Below, piece by piece: positions 58,556-64,000 of a stretch of 64,000 nucleotides of DNA (position 1 is the stretch's first letter; the number at the start of each line of letters is the position of its first letter). The notes beneath the pieces are model-generated. The model had not been told where the DNA came from. It saw nothing but the letters and a program-made list of their open reading frames with translations, and ran no database searches. The stretch is from Candidatus Latescibacterota bacterium (lineage in GTDB: Bacteria > Latescibacterota > UBA2968). Location: assembly GCA_965208125.1 (NCBI GenBank), contig OZ242320.1, positions 5,408,001 through 5,472,000 on the forward strand. Direction: 5' to 3'. Both the position numbers and the translations under genes were made by a program.

Positions 58556-60136
58556 TTACTGGCCTGCTCTCAACCTGTAATTGGGAGGCGTCTCCAAAAA
58601 GGTCAGTCTTCCCGTCAAATCGAGTACATAAATGCCATTAATGGTATTATAATCTGCGGCATCAATATCTCCTCCCCACATACCCTGTGAATAGAACTCA
58701 CCAGCAATATTGCCGATAGTCACAACCGATTGACCATTTTGGTCAAAAATGAGCACTTCCTTATTTTCAGCATCTAAAACACAGATTTGTTTGTGAACAT
58801 TCATCGCCAACCCTGTGGGACGACGCGGTTTCTCAAACGCTATCTGCGACCATGTTATACCCTGAGCACTCGCATCCGTCTGTCCGACAACCAGTGCTTC
58901 CTCATCTGGATAAGACATCCATAGCGTATGATTTACAGCCAATAGATCATAGGGTTTTGCCTGCATCTCAGTATCCAGGATCCCTTGCTCTTGATATAGT
59001 TTATCGTAAACCCTAATACGGTTATTTCCAAAAACATAGATATTGCCAGACAATCCCAAAGTGATGAGCGTTTGCTGTGCATCAGTGGATACGCGCCAAG
59101 GCTTGATCGGAAGGTCAATAGGCTCAAGGACTGGTTTTTGATTAACAACCTTATACGCGAATACACTCATTTCTAAAGTCGATGTAGGCGCCTTAATAGC
59201 ACTCAACAGGAATAACGGGCGTGAATGAAAACTTCCAGGCCCATCCGTCGATATGGATGTTATACGATACCCATCAAGCGTCAGTATCAAAGGCTCCTGT
59301 TGCACCCATATATGCCCTGCACCAGAGACAAATCTGGTCAGGCTGAGTTCATTATTATTTCGAATCTTTACCAGAGGCTTACCTGGATAAGTACCGACCA
59401 TATCTGTTGCAATACGGGTTGTTTCTGACATGCCTCTCAATTGCTGAACATCGGTTTCAAGATATATACCAGATAAGAGACCCCGGCTATTCAGGGAAAC
59501 CCCATTCTTCATGACGGTTCTTAGAAGATAGGTATAGAGCGTGTTACCCATTATGTTCTCATCCACAAACGTATTTCGCCCAGATGTTGTCGAGCGAAAT
59601 ATCCGCTCTTCGCCGAGGCTTGATTTTCTTATGACCTCAACAGAGGCAACATCGTTATCTACTTCCCAAATCAGTTCAACAGTGGCCGTTGAATGATTGG
59701 ATAACGCATCGATGAAGTTTGCTCCGGGAATTGAAACATCAACCTCCCTTGAAAATTGCAGACGATTGCCCAAACTGACCACGGCAATCCGATACGTATA
59801 ATTTTCTGCCGAAAGCGGTGACGTATCTTTGAAGGACATGACCTCTGGAGCATTTGCATCCGGCCTCAGCCGCCCTATGATTTCGTAATCTTCGGTTCCA
59901 GACTTTCGCTCAATTTTAATCTCTTCGATATTATCGCGCCGGGATAAACTCCACTCCAAAAGAACCTCTCCGCGCTCCAAAGAAAAAGTAGCGTGAAAGG
60001 TAGAAATCCGAGTGTGATCAACAACTGGCGGAGACTCAGGAGATTCAATCCCTTTGCCTTTCCCACAGCCGATTGTATGCACAAAAAACCACAAGGTTAT
60101 CGCACCAAAGAGGAAGATATGGCTTCTTTTCATCAC
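58556..60136 (-). CDS. Lipoprotein with FN3-like repeats and beta-propeller (copy 2)
   Basis: TIGC lipobox. Same architecture as 53041-54573 (V.IPGA, GN..YTY.LR, V.L.SR). Confidence 0.65.
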   Translation of the reverse strand: MMKRSHIFLFGAITLWFFVHTIGCGKGKGIESPESPPVVDHTRISTFHATFSLERGEVLLEWSLSRRDNIEEIKIERKSGTEDYEIIGRLRPDANAPEVMSFKDTSPLSAENYTYRIAVVSLGNRLQFSREVDVSIPGANFIDALSNHSTATVELIWEVDNDVASVEVIRKSSLGEERIFRSTTSGRNTFVDENIMGNTLYTYLLRTVMKNGVSLNSRGLLSGIYLETDVQQLRGMSETTRIATDMVGTYPGKPLVKIRNNNELSLTRFVSGAGHIWVQQEPLILTLDGYRITSISTDGPGSFHSRPLFLLSAIKAPTSTLEMSVFAYKVVNQKPVLEPIDLPIKPWRVSTDAQQTLITLGLSGNIYVFGNNRIRVYDKLYQEQGILDTEMQAKPYDLLAVNHTLWMSYPDEEALVVGQTDASAQGITWSQIAFEKPRRPTGLAMNVHKQICVLDAENKEVLIFDQNGQSVVTIGNIAGEFYSQGMWGGDIDAADYNTINGIYVLDLTGRLTFLETPPNYRLRAGQ

Positions 60137-61776
60137 CTACCCTCCTGTTTCATTGGCAATCGAAATTTGATCGACTGAGTTATCTTTACGGCTACTGGTT
60201 TGCCATTATGTTCCGCAGGTTTGAACCGAAATTGCGATACCGCGTCTATCGCCGCCTGATGAAATTCCTCAGGCCCTTCCAAAACCTTCACATCGCTCAC
60301 CGAACCATCCACATTGACCATAAACCTCAAAAGCACTTTGGCACTTGGATACACAGGCTCAACAGATTGCAGAAGTTCGGGCTTTGCTTCGACCACGAAA
60401 AATTCGAGGTCTTCATTACTGCCAGCATCAACACGCACAGGCGGCGTGATCTGTTCCCCTCTACGTAATGCAACAAACTCAAACGGCAAAGTCTTCCATA
60501 CAGGCACAACTTTGCCGTTGTGCTCCGCGGGCTTGAACCGGTATTGTGATATCGCATCTGTTGCCGCCTTTTGGAATATCTTCGCCCCTATGCTTCTCAA
60601 AACCTCCACATCGCTCACCGAACCATCTACATTAACCACAAACTTCAAAAGCACTTTACCATTTAGACTCATTTTTTGAGCTATATCGGGATATACTGGC
60701 GAAACAGCATGTATAAGGACAGGCTCAGTGTCAACATGGTAAACTTGCATAACTTCATTACTATCAATATCGCCAAATGCAGGTATTAACTTTTCTTTAG
60801 AAGCAATTTGAGGGGGCTGTGTATATGCTTCCCGAATTGAAAAAGGCACAATCATCAAACCAATGAGAATCGGAATAGCCAACTGCCATTTGGTTCGTTT
60901 CACATTGTCATCCTTGAAATTAAGAACATACTCCAGACGTTTCTTAAGCGCAGTTCCTCGCTCGTTGAAATACAGCGCACTCAGAGCCGGGTGTCTGTCA
61001 ACAAATTCTAACAACAGCCGCCCGTATTCAACAGGCGTCAGATTCGTCTCGCGCAACACGGCCTCATCACAGCGCAACTCGCGCAAAAATGTCAGCCTTC
61101 GGTTCAACAACCAGACCAGCGGATTGATGCAAAACAGTGCCATTGTAATCCCCTGGAAAATCAGCACCCAGATATCGCGATTATCTCGATGCGCCAACTC
61201 GTGTGCAACAACGCCACGCAACTCCTCGGACGACCATGACGACCAATGCGCTGGCAAATACAATTTCGGTTTTACGATACCGACCAGAAGCGGAGAACGC
61301 AGACTGGCTTTGGCATAAACCTTCAGATCCTGCGCCTCACTCAGCGATCTCACCTCCCTCGCCAGATCAACCGGCACTGCCACACTGAGCGCACGATGAA
61401 ACGCCGCATTCTTACACAATGTCACACCTGTCCATACCACAACCGAAACACTCCACAGACAAAACATATAAAACGCCAGCGGGAGCGGTGCGACTTGCGC
61501 GGGTGCAACAACCGCGTCTCCAGAAACCACATCGGCATAAACTGGTCCAACCGGCACAGCTTTGGATACCGTCAAAAACTCGGGCAACGAAATGGCATAA
61601 AAAGGCGGTACAAACACCTTCGCCAATGCCAGCAAATAGAGAACATACCGCAACCGCGTATCCAGCATCATCCAGCGATCCACTGCCCACACCAGCGAAA
61701 TGAACAGTGCCACCTCAACAAAATGCACCGCATAAAGCGGCCACCACGCCTCGGCCAAATAGATCAACAAATCCAT
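60133..61776 (-). CDS. BlaR1-type M56 peptidase fused to two TonB_C domains (copy 2)
   Basis: HELAH, NPLVW, two F.VNVDGSVSDV...F.PA.H.GK.V.V repeats. Confidence 0.9.
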   Translation of the reverse strand: MDLLIYLAEAWWPLYAVHFVEVALFISLVWAVDRWMMLDTRLRYVLYLLALAKVFVPPFYAISLPEFLTVSKAVPVGPVYADVVSGDAVVAPAQVAPLPLAFYMFCLWSVSVVVWTGVTLCKNAAFHRALSVAVPVDLAREVRSLSEAQDLKVYAKASLRSPLLVGIVKPKLYLPAHWSSWSSEELRGVVAHELAHRDNRDIWVLIFQGITMALFCINPLVWLLNRRLTFLRELRCDEAVLRETNLTPVEYGRLLLEFVDRHPALSALYFNERGTALKKRLEYVLNFKDDNVKRTKWQLAIPILIGLMIVPFSIREAYTQPPQIASKEKLIPAFGDIDSNEVMQVYHVDTEPVLIHAVSPVYPDIAQKMSLNGKVLLKFVVNVDGSVSDVEVLRSIGAKIFQKAATDAISQYRFKPAEHNGKVVPVWKTLPFEFVALRRGEQITPPVRVDAGSNEDLEFFVVEAKPELLQSVEPVYPSAKVLLRFMVNVDGSVSDVKVLEGPEEFHQAAIDAVSQFRFKPAEHNGKPVAVKITQSIKFRLPMKQEGR

Positions 61777-62162
61777 TACGCGCCTCCTTTCTCCCTCGCC
61801 TCAATCAGCGCACGCAACTCATCCAATTCCTTCTGCGAAAGCTCACCTGAATCCACGAGATACGTTGCCAGTGCTCCAAAGGATCCTTCAAACATCCGAG
61901 ATACCAGCGTGCGCGTCTCGTCCTGTGCCGCATCTTCTCGCGACAGGGTCGGCGTGTACACATTCACCGGACCGATCTTCTGCCGATTGAGCACACTCTT
62001 TTCAAACAGAATATTCATAATCGTCTGCACAGTCGTATAAGCCTTCTCGCCATTGGGATACAGGTAATCAACCACATCGCGCACCGTGACCTGGCGGTCG
62101 AGATGCCATATGCCATCCATCACTTCCCACTCAGCTTCAGATAGTCGTTTCTTAGCAGCCAT
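61776..62162 (-). CDS. BlaI/MecI/CopY family repressor (copy 2)
   Basis: Near-identical to copy 1, without the 14-aa insert. Confidence 0.93.
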   Translation of the reverse strand: MAAKKRLSEAEWEVMDGIWHLDRQVTVRDVVDYLYPNGEKAYTTVQTIMNILFEKSVLNRQKIGPVNVYTPTLSREDAAQDETRTLVSRMFEGSFGALATYLVDSGELSQKELDELRALIEAREKGGA

Positions 62163-62182
62163 AAGACCCTCCTCGAAAATAT

Positions 62183-62226
62183 TACTAATTATTTAGTATT
62201 ATGACGGATCTATTAGGAGAAGTCAA
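62183..62226 (-). promoter_or_regulatory. Promoter + predicted BlaI operator (copy 2)
   Basis: TTGACT-N17-CATAAT. Palindrome TACTAA-ttat-TTAGTA (62183-62198). Confidence 0.75.
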
Positions 62227-62248
62227 GCAAAAATCTCATTTTATAAAC

Positions 62249-62286
62249 AAAAAAAGAGCGACAGGTCTTTTCGACCCACCGCTCTG
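62249..62286 (-). terminator. Intrinsic terminator after beta-barrel copy 2
   Basis: AGAGCGGTGGGTC-gaaaa-GACCTGTCGCTCT followed by a T-run on the minus strand. Confidence 0.75.
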
Positions 62287-62331
62287 TGGTATGACCAATC
62301 GGCTCATCCCCAAATCGACCACCCTTGAAAA

Positions 62332-62829
62332 TCAAAGTTGGAAATTTAATCCAACAGAGAAAGGTTGCTCGAGGATGCCTTCTGCCTTCGCAACTGGAAT
62401 TGTCCAGAATGTGTTGAGATTCAGGGCAACCCGCTTATGCAAAGAAATAAGCGCCCCGATCTTTGGTTGAAAGAAAACGCCGGAATTGGCAGGTCTATAA
62501 ATCGTACCACCCGAAAGGGTATAATAAAACCTGAACCGTCCCATAATTTTATGAACGTTGCGGATACCCACACCAAGCGTAAACTGACGCCTGCCATCTG
62601 ATTCTCCTGGAAGTTTGATTACCTGATCGCCATAAGCCATTGCAACTTCCAGGCCAATAGATGGTTTCAGCCCCAGCACGCCCAATAACTTTACTCGAGA
62701 TTGGTAGCCATCAGCTGGCGAATTTGCAAATTCTCCCTCTACACCGATATAGTTATGCTTCATCTCTTCAGCAGCAAGTGGACTGGACAGAAACATCAAA
62801 AACATCGAGAAAAAGAGTAACTTTTTCAT
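62332..62829 (-). CDS. Small outer-membrane beta-barrel protein (copy 2)
   Basis: 165 aa, near-identical to 57899-58396. Confidence 0.7.
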   Translation of the reverse strand: MKKLLFFSMFLMFLSSPLAAEEMKHNYIGVEGEFANSPADGYQSRVKLLGVLGLKPSIGLEVAMAYGDQVIKLPGESDGRRQFTLGVGIRNVHKIMGRFRFYYTLSGGTIYRPANSGVFFQPKIGALISLHKRVALNLNTFWTIPVAKAEGILEQPFSVGLNFQL

Positions 62830-62963
62830 CTCTAACTCCTCCTTTTCAGGCTTGGTGATTCGGGTTGTAGGATTATTCTTTTTACACTCATGTATAAGGA
62901 AGAAGTTGCAAAAAATAGAACGGACACTTCATACACTCATCCTGCACGAATGAGAATTCCCCT

Positions 62964-64000
62964 CTAATCAGCAACCACAAAAGAGGCCTCTTTCACAGCC
63001 TTCTCCTCAGATTCTAAATCTGTTATCTCCACGCTCACTGTATGGCGACCCAACCCACACGCTGTCAAATCCAGCGCGACATACGCTGCCTCTGAAGGCC
63101 GCTTGCCCACTTGCTCAAAATCTATTGCGATCTCTTCGTCCTCACCCTTCGTAATCGTCTTGACCAGTTGTGAAACAAGCGCACCCAATGTCATTTTCTC
63201 TTGTGACCGAATTGTATATACCACGCGATATCTGGTCTGACCAAACGCATTGCGTTTCAAATTGTAAATCTCGTAATACACATAAATACTGCGATCTCGC
63301 GGATAGGTCCTGGTGGGCATAGGAATGACCTCGAGATGTCCTTTGCTGAACTTACTTCTTTCTTTCTTCTCATAAATCTGCCAGGCCAGTTCCAGATCGC
63401 TGACCTGAAGTCGCGTCTGCGGATATGCCTCAATCTCCATATCCTGCCGATACCGTCCTTCGCCTATGGAAATCAAATCTCTGATGGACACCTCCATCTT
63501 GTAAGAGCCGGGCGGCACATCAAGACGTATCACATCGGGCACAACTGCGCCTTTGATACCTGTGACATCGCCCGCATTTCTGAAATTTAAGGGTGCGCGG
63601 CTGCGATAGATGCTTCCAGTCTTTGTATTGATCAGCGCGACCGTGCGTTCGACCGAGAGGCGAGTTTCGTCCTCTTGGGCAAAATAATACCCCAGCATGT
63701 GTGGCACACCGAGATAGACTTCACACATCGTATTTTCATCCTCACCGCGAAAATCCGCAGATCCGAAATAAAATTCAGACGGATCCTCGTTTTCCAGCGG
63801 GCGATAATAATCGGGGATGAGTGCGGCAGCCTGTTCGGTTACAGTTCTCGGATTATAGCGATGTAAAATAGCCAACTGTCTCAAGGGAACCATATCGCCG
63901 GGTGGTGCAGGTGCGTAATCGTAGGTACCTATGCCGCGTTCATCGGTAAACGTAATATCGAGCCCAGCGCCAATATCGACGTAAATCCAATTCTCCCACG
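62964..64000 (-). CDS. GWxTD-domain protein, C-terminal part (copy 2; begins outside window)
   Basis: The frame is open to the window edge: WENWIYVDIGAGLDITFTDE..., plus YYEIYNL..NAFGQTRYRV as in copy 1. Confidence 0.8.
   Translation of the reverse strand, partial: WENWIYVDIGAGLDITFTDERGIGTYDYAPAPPGDMVPLRQLAILHRYNPRTVTEQAAALIPDYYRPLENEDPSEFYFGSADFRGEDENTMCEVYLGVPHMLGYYFAQEDETRLSVERTVALINTKTGSIYRSRAPLNFRNAGDVTGIKGAVVPDVIRLDVPPGSYKMEVSIRDLISIGEGRYRQDMEIEAYPQTRLQVSDLELAWQIYEKKERSKFSKGHLEVIPMPTRTYPRDRSIYVYYEIYNLKRNAFGQTRYRVVYTIRSQEKMTLGALVSQLVKTITKGEDEEIAIDFEQVGKRPSEAAYVALDLTACGLGRHTVSVEITDLESEEKAVKEASFVVAD

Overview
Bacterial window of mid GC content, with most genes on the minus strand. No rRNA, tRNA, CRISPR array, integrase or transposase could be seen. 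The first ~39 kb is catabolic. It holds a TonB-dependent receptor / T9SS-CTD-like cargo / PorV-like barrel / DUF6785 / Na:solute symporter import operon, five PhyH-type dioxygenase genes (one a pseudogene), three sulfatase-family genes, a GH4, Gfo/Idh/MocA oxidoreductases, a BHMT-SolA-sulfotransferase-like-aminotransferase IV operon and a beta-helix/sialidase-like/amidohydrolase operon. The 38.6-48.6 kb stretch encodes surface proteins (LamG-CsgG fusion; a 1922-aa EF-hand/PKD/propeller/LRR/M8-like peptidase mosaic), broken genes and an XRE regulator. From 48.6 to 64 kb is a reiterated envelope-signalling array: BlaI + BlaR1(M56)-TonB_C (x2, each with a TACTAA-N4-TTAGTA palindrome at its promoter), GWxTD-domain proteins (x2), FN3/propeller lipoproteins (x2) and a small beta-barrel (x2). 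Two unrelated single genes (DUF3500, htpX-like) each sit between ~100-bp diverged direct repeats of the neighbouring gene's 3' end. The gene content suggests an FCB-group, Latescibacterota-like, possibly sponge-associated organism (inference only). All family calls come from motif recognition by eye, not from database searches.
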